Part shown: piece by piece, positions 49,500 through 61,720 of the stretch
Position numbering within the stretch: position 1 is the stretch's first letter
How the letters are laid out: every line of letters begins with the position of its first letter
Source of the DNA: Oculina patagonica
Lineage: Eukaryota
Length of the DNA stretch: 64,000 nt
Reading direction: 5' to 3'
Assembly: GCF_052425735.1 (NCBI RefSeq)
Contig: NC_135761.1
Coordinates: 33,046,001-33,110,000, forward strand
The notes under the pieces: model-generated
The model's database searches: none
What the model was told of the DNA's origin: nothing
The model's input: only the letters and a program-made list of their open reading frames with translations
Program-made: the position numbers and the translations under genes

Positions 49500-50280
49500 G
49501 ATAGATAAGAAAAGATAAGATAAGATGGCCTGGGAGTAGTGGAAAGGATTTATTTCCTTGACGAGTTGAACAAGCAGCGATTGTACTCATTGATCAAGGG
49601 ATTTTGCGAATTTCACCCACGATCAAGTTCTGCCCTTTTCCTTTTGGAACGAAATCAACGGAGGCCGACCTGGGGACAAGGCGTTCGTGAGGCAGCTGAT
49701 GTATGCCCTGGGCCGTTCAAGACTCGATTACTCGGCTTTTAACTTGTTTGTTGGCTGTGAGATTCAGTGGAACTTCTTCGATGAGATAAGGTAAGATATT
49801 CTTCTATGATAAGATAAGATAAGTTGATAAGATGAGATGAGATAAGATAAGATATTGTAAGATAAGATAAGACATTCTTCTAAGATAAGAAAAGATAAGA
49901 CAAGGTAAATTGATAAGAAAAGAAGAGTAAAGATAAGATGACCTTTGAGTGGTGGAAAGGATTTATGTCCTTGACAAGTTGAACAAGCAGCGGTTGTACT
50001 CATTGATCAAGGGAATTTGCAAATTTCACCCACGATTGAGTTCTGCAATGTTTTTGTGGAACGAAATCAACGGAGGCCGACCTGGGGACAAGGCGTTCGT
50101 GAGGCAGCTGATGTATGTCCTGGGCTGTTCAAGACTCGATTACTCGGCTTTTAACTTGTTTGTTGGCTGTGAGATTCAGTGGAACTTCTTCAATAAGACA
50201 AGATAAGATACGATAAGTTGATAAGAAAGGAAAAGAAAAGATCAGATAAGATCAGATATGATACTAAGATAAGATAACCG
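49500..50280 (+). repeat. Two ~260-bp copies (49523-49790, 49937-50200) embedded in (GATAA)n microsatellite
   Basis: Both copies read ERIY.LD.LNKQRLYSLIKG.C.FHPR.SS...; GATAA runs before, between and after. Confidence 0.85.
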
Positions 50281-53200
50281 CCAGCTATAAAATATCCTGA
50301 AGCCTAATACTAAGAGGTTTTAAAGCTTTTATAAGTCGGTTTATTTTTACTCAGATCCTTTCAAATCAAGAATAAAATAAATTAACACGACACAATACTT
50401 GATACAGAATCAAAACCAAGGATTATTTTCGTGAATGTCTACTCTTTTGTCTCCAGGCAGCTTTCCACAAAGAGGCCAATTGTTGTTTACTTTTATCACA
50501 CATACACCAGGAAGCTGAAGTTTGGACATGTTCACAGAATTTATAAGCACTCCTATGCTGTTTATACAAAAGACAAAAACTTTGACGTCGTGCTATTTCT
50601 AGCTTGTCCCAAAGTGGATCTGTCCTCTTGTAAGTTGACTGTAAATAATGCAGGCCAAAGCACTGGTCTAGTTGAGCAGTTTAAATTATATTTAATTCAT
50701 GGGTCATGAAAACACTTTTTCCACAAGAATTTAATGACCACAGATGAGGCCATGAAAAGTATTTTGCAAGATTCACCAGTCATGAAATGATTTTTATGGT
50801 CTTTTTCAAGGGATTTTCGTGGGATTTTAACAAATCCGTGTTTCATAGTGCAGTTGCCGATGGCAGCGCTGGATTATCGCACCGAGGAAGGGAAGTGCAT
50901 TAAAAGAAAAAAGAGGAAGCAGAAGATCAAAGATGGCTTGAAGAGGTGTCGAGAGCAGCACAACTCTCACTCTCCTTCCATGTTTTAGTAAAATTCTAGG
51001 AAGAATTATATACAAAAGGACACTGTGGACAAACGCAACATGTGTCAAAGTCAATATGGTTTTTGTAAAGATCATTCATTCATGTTTCAGGAAGCAGTCA
51101 TTTGGCGATGAAGGGAAATAGTTTATTGCAGAGGCATTACTTTTAAAGCAATTAAGTTGTAGCATGGGAAATCTTGAATTTTTTAAGTATTAATTTTAAG
51201 CCAGAGGAGATCATCAATCAAAATTGTATTGAGGGAAGCAGGCACTGCTTCCTGTAAAAGTGGCTATCATAAGGAAGTACGTGCTTAAGCCATATCCTTG
51301 TTTGCCATCATTGGAGGAATCAGTGTGGAAAAATGCACATGGGAGGAATATTCGAGTCAATGGTCAAGCAGGTGAAAAAAGCATGCCATGGATGTTTCCT
51401 AATAACTATTCTTAATTCTTTATGCACACTTTATTTAAGTGACGTTTGTCATTGTCAAATAAAGTTGATTACAGATTTTAAGTATACGCTCAAAACTGCA
51501 TGTTGGTTGTTTGGCTTTGTTCGGGCAAGTGAAGGCAGAGCGTTTATGATATAATTTGCCCTTAGTTTTGAAGTAAATATTTGGTCATGTGCTGACAAGT
51601 TAGACTGTTATGTAAGTGTTTTGTTTCTTACCTAATAAACAGGGTGGGCCAGGGTTTTCGGGTGTACGGTATGCAAGGGCTTTTTAAATTTAGGTATTCG
51701 GTATACCACATTTTATTACAACCATCGGGAAAGAACACATTGTTTCCAAATTTGGCATAAAGGGAACAGTAAACGTTAGGTGGATTGCAGATGACACTAT
51801 CGAGATTGAAGAAAGTGATTATTACATTTACTTAGCGTTGTTACACTCATCAAGAGACAAAGTTCTCTCTTTTGAAGAACCCGAACTTATCGCTGATAAA
51901 TACTTGAGTGAAAGAAAAGAGGAAACCGACAAGCACTACAGCAGACCCAAAAGATGCAGGAGAATGGCAACAACAACAGATGACTTTCTTTTTTATTAAG
52001 AGACTAAAGACAACATCGCACTTGAGCCTATTTTTTATATAAAACAATACTAAAAACTTGTGTGTATCTAAAACAACGGACAAGTTTTCTAGAAATCTTT
52101 TCTAAGCATTGAGGTTCTGGCTGCCTTTGAGAAAGCAGAACATGAACATAACAGTAGAAAGAGGAAGGCCTCCGCAGAACAAGACAAGGGATGTTTCTAA
52201 GAAGAGGAACTTGAATTAGTGACTAAAGGCGTGAGAATTTTTTTTTCATTGTTTTCTGATGCAAGACATGAAAAAATGCTGCTTAACACCCTCGAGTATG
52301 TTGTCATTTAAGTGTTATATCACTGCAGAATCTTATTTTCTTTACTAAATTGACGTCTTAATAGGCAGATTTCTTAAAGATATTTCTGAAAAGGCAGTCA
52401 TGGCATCTTAAGTCAAGAAAAAGACATCTTGGTATAATATATTCTTACAACATTCTTGTCTCCTTTGGTTGTTTCCTTCAGAAACTTTCTCAATGACTTT
52501 CTTGTTTGAGAAACACAACCATACTTTCAGACAAAGACAAGAAAAAAGCACTAGAAATTCTGTCCTCTCAAGATGCCATGGATTTCATGTCATCTGAAAA
52601 AAGCCACAAGGAACCAAAGAGTGGCCCCAAAGTTTATTGAGGAACAAAAAAAGCAAAACTTGATAAAGCACATTCAGCTGGACTGAGTGAAAGGCAACGT
52701 CGAACAAGTGCCTGTGTCACTCGCAGTGAAGAGAAATCAGCTTCTCAAGCCGAAGAAGCTCAGGTCAATCCCTTAATCAATATGAATGCTGACGACCTAG
52801 CCAAAATTCTCTCCGACCATACGAAACAACTTGCTGAGTATTGGGATAAACAATTAGTCACGCTCTCCAAAACAGACGAAACTTCACATCAAACGCCCAC
52901 TTTTTTAGTAAAGGCCCTCGTTGGGCAGTTGGCAGGACATAATATGAACGTTATATATACCACAGAGCAGTTGAAAATGCATGTTATGTGACTGACTTGT
53001 GACATGTTATGTGTTTCCGTGGCCCTTTAGGTCTGTATACGTCGACAGAACCATGAACAAGCCGTATTTCCAGAACCTAATTGCATGTTTCCGCAAAGGT
53101 AACCATGTCCGCTTGCAGAAACCAATGTTTCCTTCAGATGAAACTTAACAGAAACCTAAAAAAGTGGTCCGGTTCCACTGTGTCTGCATCAACGGACACA

Positions 53201-54349
53201 CAAGTAAACGGCACAAAACCGCAGATGGAAAGATGTATAGTTTTCTTCGTCATATTTCTACAACGGTGACACATGTTTCCGCAACAAATTATTACAAATT
53301 CATGGTATTTCGTCCTGTGATGGCTGATGGATAGATACCGAGATAAGCTTTGACATGAAAAAACAAAACCCGAATATGGAAAATTCCATGCACGTTTTTT
53401 TAGCCTCTTGATGTACAAAATGACAGGTTTACTTGCCCAGTTGTTAAGAGAACCCATCTCCAAATAGAAATAGACTAAAGAGCCAAGAAACAAAGTGGTG
53501 AGTACAGACAAGAGTCTGAAGATCCAATCTATTTAAGATCATCCCGACACAAGCTCTACTCCATTGAAAAGAGAATGGCAGACAATTTCACACAGATTCC
53601 TTCACAAATGGCTGAACTAAGGTGCAAGTTCAAGCAACAAATTCATGGTATCAAATTCAATTTTTTGAACCATACTGGTCAAAAGGTCACACCTCTTTCA
53701 AAATTAATTTATTTGACTTGAGGTGGACTGTTTTCCTAGTTTTTGATATCTAACTTGCGTGATCTCTTTTAGTTTCTCCACCTATGGAAAACATTGACAA
53801 AAACAAATTTGATTATCATTCCATAACTGCTGAAGGAAAGTTATATTTACATAACTTTGCTGTCCTGGTTATTTACCAGCGGTTGACTTAAATGAGAAGA
53901 GAAGTAAAGTTCTTTTGGAAAAATAAGAGACCTTGACTAGCTGAATAACCAGAAAGTAAAATTAAGTTTGTTTTCCTTAATTCAAATAATTTATCCTGAT
54001 GATATTGAGTGTACTATAAAATTAATTTTGATGATTAATTTATTTTATCACTTGATGGTTATCGCTATTATAAAAGTAACAGATTTTAGAATTTTAAGTC
54101 ATAAGGAAAAGCTAATTGATGATGGTTCTATTATAGAGTTAAAGAAAAGCATGTGATGTACATGTATTTGTCTAACTTGTAGTAAGAAATATCAGTAACT
54201 CATAAGGTATTGATTTGTAGAACCAATTTGCGTCAGTTAAGGTCGTATTTGAGTATTTATAATTAGATCCCTAGTACAATTTTATAAATTGCTTACTACG
54301 TATTCCCGGGTGTATTTGATTGCTCGAATATTATGTTTTGTTTTTTTAG

Positions 54350-54418
54350 GATCAAAGAAAGACAAAGATTATACGATACCGTGTCCAGTCACTTCCTCCA
54401 AAACCATTTAAGGAATAA
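54350..54418 (+). CDS. Candidate terminal exon of the DM-domain gene (DQRKTKIIRYRVQSLPPKPFKE*)
   Basis: Strong T-tract+AG acceptor ending 54349; phase 0 is compatible with the donor at 39408; AATAAA at ~54747. Linkage is inferred, not shown. Confidence 0.35.
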   Translation, partial: DQRKTKIIRYRVQSLPPKPFKE

Positions 54419-55319
54419 TCAATAACTTTTTACTTGCAAGTAAGACTATTTGAATTAAGTTAAATTTGGTTAAATTCTCCTGTTTTTTGGTCCTTAAGTA
54501 GTCTGGAGAATTTCACTCGCTATGCTGTCAGAATTCCTCAGCTTAACTGGCACTAAGCCTGCATGCTTATTTGGGGATATACCATGATTGAAGTTTAATG
54601 GCAGTTTTGTCAGTTCTCAAGCCATGTTTGCCTGTACTTAAAGCAAATTATTTTATCTGCTGGTAAGTGTATTAATTGTTCATTATTTATCATTGGTGTA
54701 TTTGAGAATTCTAAGTTTTAGCTTAGACCTCCCAAGGCCGTCTGAAAATAAAAGTTTATTTGGATTGAAGCTTGTGTTGTTATTTGTTGTGGAGTGGAGA
54801 CAGAATAGAATATTACAGACACTGCTTTTAAAGTAATTTCAGTTGTTTCTGCCTCTTATTTCCTGTACATTTTGGAGGTCAAGCGAATATGTATCACATC
54901 TAGTATCTGCACAACAAACTTTTACTCACCAATACCACTTGTTGTAAACATTTTAGAGTTCAATCTTTATTTCAACCAGTGCCATTGCAGAGCAAGAATG
55001 CTTTGATTTCATATCTGCCGTATGTAAAGCAAATACCAAAATTATTTTAAAATGTGTCAGTTCTACAATGGTTGGTTGGTTTGTTTTTATACTACTTTAT
55101 CTATAAAATGTCAGTGTCAACTATTACCAATTATAATTCATCAAATATTTTCGTTTGTTTGCTTTTGGTTAAAAAGCATCACATGACAAAATATGCCCAG
55201 ACTTAAATTGAGCAATATCCGAGTGATATTCTCCAGTTTACACACTTTGTGATTTATGCTTGTGCATCCAGTATTCAGGCTGAGTAAATTGTTAAATTAA
55301 ATACAACTGAACATTTTAA

Positions 55320-56797
55320 GGTATCAGCCACCCTTCAGGACCGTCCGCGCCCGGATCGCTCCAGCGCTTTTGTTTTTAATACAATCCCCTACAAACCACA
55401 CATAAATTTTTCTGAAAGCTTAATAGTTCCAGATTATGAATTATTCCTTTAAAATGACGAAAACTTAAAACAAACGCAAAATTGAGACGTTTTTGCGAAA
55501 GTATATGTCTGTGTAAATCAAGCTCCGGGCCCGCCGAAATTAAGCGGAAGAAAACGAAAAACATTGCGTTTGCCTCTTAACACCTTTCTCTAAAAAACCG
55601 TGTCTCAGATTTTTGACAAGTGCGTTTGTTCTTTTGTAATGCACAGATGAAGTTAGGGGAGACGAATCATCGCCACTTCCTGTGGAAAAATATAAATTAT
55701 TCGAAAACGAGAAAAGAAAACAAAAATCACAGACACGGTTTCGGAGAAAAACTATCTGGCAATAAGCTGGCCAAATTTCAGCCAAATCGGTTCAGGGGCT
55801 ACCGACTTGGAGTTAAAAACGTACGTTCAACTTGTCGAAATTTTCTTTCCGAGAAAAAAGCGAAATATATTTTTTGCGGAGTCTTGCCCATAATGGGATT
55901 ATAACGCCTGGAACGTCAAGGTTGATGCTTACCAGAAAGGGTCATCCTTCTCTAACAATAGATGCTTGACAGGTTACAATCAGCAGGCAAAACATTTACG
56001 CGGAACGTGGCGATATATTTTTATCTTCTGACCGGATACAAATCGAGGTTTATACAGTTTATAGAAAATTCAAAATTTTCGCTCCACATACGGAGCCGCG
56101 TTTATATTATATAATTTGACATGCTTCGAGTTTGGTGGTGCTGATTCATCGAAAGCGCGACAAAGCCGGTAACAAACGGCGATTGCAGCTGAAAGTGAAG
56201 GTGAAGCCTCGAAATAACGTTCGGTCAACACAAAAGAAAACAGGCTTGCCGAAATGAGACTAGTAGTTCTAGCTGGGTAAGAATAAATTTGATTTTAGGC
56301 TTACATATTTTCAGACAACAAATATCGTCGATTGTAAACCCTAAATGTTTCCGGCACAAGGCAGGAGGTATCCACCGTCATTGTTGTTTTATTTCAATAT
56401 TTAGGCGTGTCTGTTTCCATTGAACAGTAGCGCGTCTTCTATTCTATTCAGTGTGACCACTTTCTAGATCTTCAACCGGTTCTTCAACATGAATTTACGA
56501 TCGGCTTTCATTTGCTGGCGCGGAAACCGACTGCCCGTATTCGGCGCTTACCGCTTGTTCTTGCAAATATGTTCTTGCGTGAACAATGGATCTGGGATTT
56601 TGTGACGTGTTGACAGGACATCTCAACGGGCAATTAACATAATTAACCTTGCAAAAACTTTATCGAGCAATAACTTCGCGCAGAAATAAGATTTTTTTGT
56701 GAACTTTTTTGTAAAAGAACGCCCTTGAAGAGCTTTATCTGAACATCACAAAATCTCAAATTTAGAAAAACTGCACCTTTTAACGGTGGCTGATACC
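55320..56797. mobile_element. Kolobok-like non-autonomous element, 1478 bp
   Basis: TTAA at 55316-55319 and 56798-56801; 13-bp TIR GGTATCAGCCACC; GG...CC ends (piggyBac would be CC...GG). Confidence 0.8.
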
Positions 56798-57097
56798 TTA
56801 AATAGACTGACAGTATTTTGAACAGCAACAAAAAATATTTTAACATTTAAAAGCTTTGAGAACAGACTTCCTAAGAGTAAGCAGCCTTGTGTAAAATGTT
56901 TGCAGGATAATAAAAATCAATTTGGCTTCAAAAACATGCATGGATATTTGTCCTTGAACATTATCTGTCTCTAAAAGCTCACAGTTTTCCTCAAGCTTTG
57001 CCCTCCAAAACCTTTTTGCTTCTTGCAACAGACAATGTCCAAAGACAACTATCCATGCATATTTTTGGGCAAAATGGAGGCTATTGTTAATCTTTTC

Positions 57098-57220
57098 TGA
57101 GAAACGTTTTTTTCATTCGGCTTATAAGCCCTCCCGAATATAAGCCCCTCCGCTTATAAGCCCACCCAAAACCCCTTACTAAGTTGTATAAGCCCAGGGC
57201 TTATAACCGGAATTCTATGG
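57098..57220 (+). mobile_element. Right-end fragment of the MITE family at 58187-58508
   Basis: Close match to 58390-58508, ending ...CCGGAATTCTATGG-TA. Confidence 0.8.
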
Positions 57221-58186
57221 TATTTGTCGATTGATTAGTATCGAATTCGATCGACAACGATCGAATTTTTATCGACTTTCGAAATTATTGAGTTGTTACG
57301 TCCTGCTTAAATCGAACAGGCAGATTCCAGACAAGGCGCCCAATAATGAACCTAAAACAACGAAATAACCCTAAACAAAACAAACCTTGACCCTTAAACG
57401 ATAACCTTGAACTTAAAGGTACAGCTAAATTGCCGTTCGTTTGTGAAAATTTGTCACGTGCGCGAGATACACTGTTCATTTGTTTGCTGTCAAAGGGTTG
57501 AAAATACACGTTAGAGTAATTTCACCGCCGGTAAACTGCTTTCCCTTGCTCGTTATTTCAAAAAAAAGTTTTAACAAAATCAAGTTTTCAGTACAAAGCT
57601 CAAGCGTAAGAACGGAACTACTCACCAATATTGGACTTATATTGGACTTGCCACGTCCGACATTTTGCATCGTGTGTTCCTTCGCAGCTTGCGTGTTCAT
57701 TCGCACTGCAGACGAAAAAACCAGGACAAAATTGTCTTGGTATCGTACAATACTGAAAGGTAAAAGCACCATAATAATATTATGTCTTTTACACGAGGTG
57801 AACTGACCATATTCTGATAAATTTCAACTTATTTACCTGAGTGTTGTAGACTGCCCGTTCCACGAAATGACAGAGGAGGAGCTGTAAGCGGGCTGTACTT
57901 CATGTAAACCTACACTAATATTCCCATTCTCGTCCCAGACCTACTCCTCTTGTCTTTCGGAGAGAAAGAGAAAATGACGTCATAAAATGTTTTAAAAAAA
58001 CAACGACTACAACAACAAAATTGAATAATTAGTCATTTTATGGCGTCATGTCTATTCCTTATAACAGTGTAGGTCATGGAAATATGAAATAGGTGGTCGT
58101 TTTTGCGTTATTTTTTCAAAAATAGCTCTTAGTCGGCGTGATGTTTCAATTCCCTGTAATCAGTCAGTGGGTCAGTCAGTGGAGTA

Positions 58187-58508
58187 CCGTAGAATTCCGG
58201 TTATAAGCCCCCCCCCCCCCGCTTATAAGCCCTCCCGGTTATAGACCCATCTACCTGGAAACAAAAAAATACATCCGATTATAAGCCCCCCTCTGCCGGA
58301 TGACAGTACTGAACAAGGCTAAATGTTGCTTTTTTATACGTTTTCAACTTAGAAACGTATTTCGATCAACACTCCCGTGGCTCTTTTCGAGACGTTTTTT
58401 TCATTCCGCTTATAAGCCCTCCCGGATATAAGCCCATCCGCCTATAAGCCCACCAAAAACCCCTTACGAAGTTGTATAAGCCCAGGGCTTATAACCGGAA
58501 TTCTACGG
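58187..58508. mobile_element. Tc1/mariner (pogo-like) MITE, 322 bp
   Basis: Perfect 24-bp TIR CCGTAGAATTCCGGTTATAAGCCC; TA TSD; internal TATAAGCCC repeats. Confidence 0.92.
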
Positions 58509-58664
58509 TATGTTTGTTTGTCACACCAATCAGATTTCAGGTACTATCAGAACCAATCAAATTGAAGTTTAAAAAGGGGAAGGAATCTGACACAGTTGTA
58601 GTGAGCGATTTCGTTCGAAGATTTTAGATTTTCTTGAGGCATATTTTATTCGCTTTTGGCATGC

Positions 58665-58922
58665 GCTATATTCAAAATACTTACTAAAACATGTTTCGAC
58701 GGTACATCCGTCATCGTCAGTGTGACGGTTATGAAAGTTTACAGTGATTTAAAACGTGCCTGTTACAAATCATACGTTACATTGTGTTGAAAAGTAATAC
58801 GCTAGATAAATTTCGAAGTTAACGGAATTAAAAAGAAGCGCGCGTGCGTGCAGCCCCGGGCGTGCAGCTATAGGGAAAGCGTCAAATTGATGTGTTTGAC
58901 CTGTTGATTAAGGTCCGGCTTA
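58665..58922 (-). mobile_element. Penelope-like element 3' fragment with an atypical hammerhead-like core
   Basis: Minus strand KPDLNQQVKHINLTLSL*, then CTGACGA-TGACGG-atgta-CCGTC-GAAA-CATG-TT at ~58688-58722. Confidence 0.7.
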
Positions 58923-59898
58923 CTAAAACCAAACTATCACGTGGACAAACCTTCCTCGACTCAGGAAGTGTTCAAAACAAAAACAACTTGCCACTCTAAT
59001 CCTTGCTCAGTCAGTCAACTTTTACCGAATTTTCCCACGGTCGATTTCTATACTACCAGGAATAATTTGATACAATGCGTTGGTCAGAAACTTCCGCTCA
59101 CAAACCGCCAGCGGAGTTTGGCCAAAGTAATTAACTTACGTTTGTCGTAAACACCTTTTGTTGATCTTTCGGGTTATTTTAATAGTCCAAAATGTTCTCA
59201 AAGTGTTTTCATGCTTATCACAGTTTTTTTAGATTGGCAAGTACGAGTGTTTGTGCTTTTAGCTATGCTTAGAGTGAATTAACTTATAACAAACAAGCTC
59301 AAACATGTTTCGAGATAAGTTATGTGATCTTAGTTAATTGCGTGGGACGTAAACCTTCTTATGAGCAATTGCGTTGGTCGTGTACTTCAAAAGAACTGTA
59401 CTCATACACACGGGAAATATTTACTAAGTTTCATAACATAGCTTTTAATTCTTTTGTGCTGCTTAAAGAAAAAAGGGATCACGTACATTCGGGTTTCGAA
59501 GCATTCTGTCCAGCAACTGCCGTGATTGGTATTTAAATCTATTCCGATTTCGGGATTGCTTTTAAAGATACTTTCAGTTGAGCGAAAGTTAAACATTCAA
59601 TTTGGATGATATCTCACTTAAAACGTGCTCTGAACTCGAAGCACGATTTCGACTATAAAAAAAATGCAATTTCCATAGTTCTCGCAAACTTCAAAAGAAT
59701 GTAGCTTTTAACCAATCACTGCGCAATATGGACATAGTGCGAGCGTACTTAATCGCCAGTTTTTGATGTAAGTTTATGAGTTACTGCCGGCAACGGCTGA
59801 GAGTAAGAGCTGAAGAATAAAGAAGACCTCTGATCCTAGAAGTTGGACTCTGACTGAGCTAGTCCCCTGGTTGCAGTGCATTTTGTCCTCAGATTTGG

Positions 59899-59902
<4 letters not shown>

Positions 59903-59946
<44 letters not shown>

Positions 59947-60074
59947 TATAATAATAAAAGATTTATATAGCGCCATATCCATGGCTCATGGCGCTTTACA
60001 GTAAAAAATTATTAAAAAATGAAAACTTACTTAAAACATTTACATCGGCGATAAAAGGAAATACTAACAAATAA
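59903..60074 (-). mobile_element. L2/CR1-group 3' tail (or SINE tail) with (ATT)n
   Basis: Minus strand TGTAAAGCGCCAT...ATGGCGCTATATAAAT stem-loop then (ATT)n; 7-bp TSD TGGTGAA (59896-59902, 60075-60081). Confidence 0.75.
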
Positions 60075-60254
60075 TGGTGAAGAACTCGCTGTGTTCAAAA
60101 GATCCCTGGTACAAGCTCAAGACCATCACGCCCAACGCCACAAGCCGCCTAACTGTGAGTAACTTTGAGCTTTGTGAGAGAGATGTCTCGGTTTTAAGGC
60201 AAACCAAGCCAGTGCCATCAAACACTAGAATCCTAGAATTAGTGTATATTTAAG

Positions 60255-61720
60255 AGCAAGTTTGAGGACTGGAAAATGGCTGCTGATAATAAGGAGTACG
60301 TGACTGTTCTATCCACCGATATGAGCAAAGCGTTCGACTCACTGCACCCTGCACTAATGATCCAGAAACTGAAAGCATACGGCTTTTCTGAAAGAGCACT
60401 AAATCTTTTGCGATCCTTTCTTGAGCGTAGAAGATACAGAGTCAAACTACAAAAAGCGCACAGCGCATGGAAAGAACAAAAAAAGGGGGTGTCCACAAGG
60501 CTCCTCCTTCGGGCCTCTTCTCTGGAATTTGTTCCAAAATGATCTCTCGCTGCATAGGCAGTCTGCTAGTCTATTTATGTATGCTGATGATCACCAAATA
60601 TACGCCAATGATAATGATATACAGAAGGCCGCCCAATCTCTTAGGAGAGAAACAGAGGCAGTGTCACAAGGAGAACCTACTGCAAGCCAACCCTCAGAAA
60701 TACTAGATCCTTACCCTTGATCTACAACCTTCCAAGAGTACCCCTGAATATGCACTGAAGATGGAATTCGATGGTCATGAAGTCAAATCATCGGAGTATC
60801 TTAAAATTCTTGGTGTAACCATCGACAACAAACTGACATTTAGCGAACACATCAGTGATATTTGCAAGAAAACGAGTTGTAAGGTTGGGGTGTTAATGAG
60901 ACTACGTAATCTAATTCCATGGTCTCCAAAGTTACAGCTGTACAAATCTAGTATTTTGCCTCACCTTATATATTGTTATATTGTATGGCACTTTTGCAAA
61001 TCATCCAATAAGAACAAAATGGAGAGAGTTCAAGAGCCCGCACTCAGGGCAGTCTTTAAATCCCAATCGGAGACCTACAGTGAGCTACTGAAAAGAGCAG
61101 GTCTACCAAGTCTGTACCAAAGACGGCTACAAAACTTTGCCATTCTAATGTATAAAGTAAAACACGGACTTGTGCCCACTAATATAACAGAAATATTTAA
61201 TACAGCCCCGAAACGATATTATCTGAGGAACGCTGATTTTAATATTCCACGTTTTCGCACAGTACATTATGGAAAACATTCTTTACGATATTTCGGGCCT
61301 TGTCTATGGAACAAACTAGACTACAGTGATAGAGAGAAACGGCCTAATGTCGCGAGTTTTAAAAACAGTATTGGGAAAAAAGACCTCACACGTCTTATAC
61401 AAACTGAGTGTAAATGTGACATATGCAGCTAGCCGATATACATTTTTAAATTTTTAATTTATAATTATTAACTGTAATTTTTATCTTTCACCTACTTTTA
61501 TTATAAAATTTTATATTCTATTGTCATTTATTTATTTATTCATTTATTTATCTATTTGTCTATTTATCTATGTAGTACGGTTCTTTTTTTTCTTTTTTTT
61601 TTCTTCTTAGAATTTTAGTGTAAATATTTTAACTTTAAATAGCTAAGATATATAATAATGTAAATAGTGTCCACAATTAGTTTTTTTTAGCTAAATACCT
61701 CAGACACTTTAATAAAAGAA
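60255..61720 (+). mobile_element. 5'-truncated, frameshifted CR1-group (L2/Crack/Daphne-like) LINE: RT, C-terminus and 3'UTR
   Basis: DMSKAFDSL, GCPQGSSFGPLLW, YADD, KILGVTIDNKLTF, C-terminal CKCDICS* (stop at 61432); AT-rich UTR ending in AATAAA. Confidence 0.9.
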
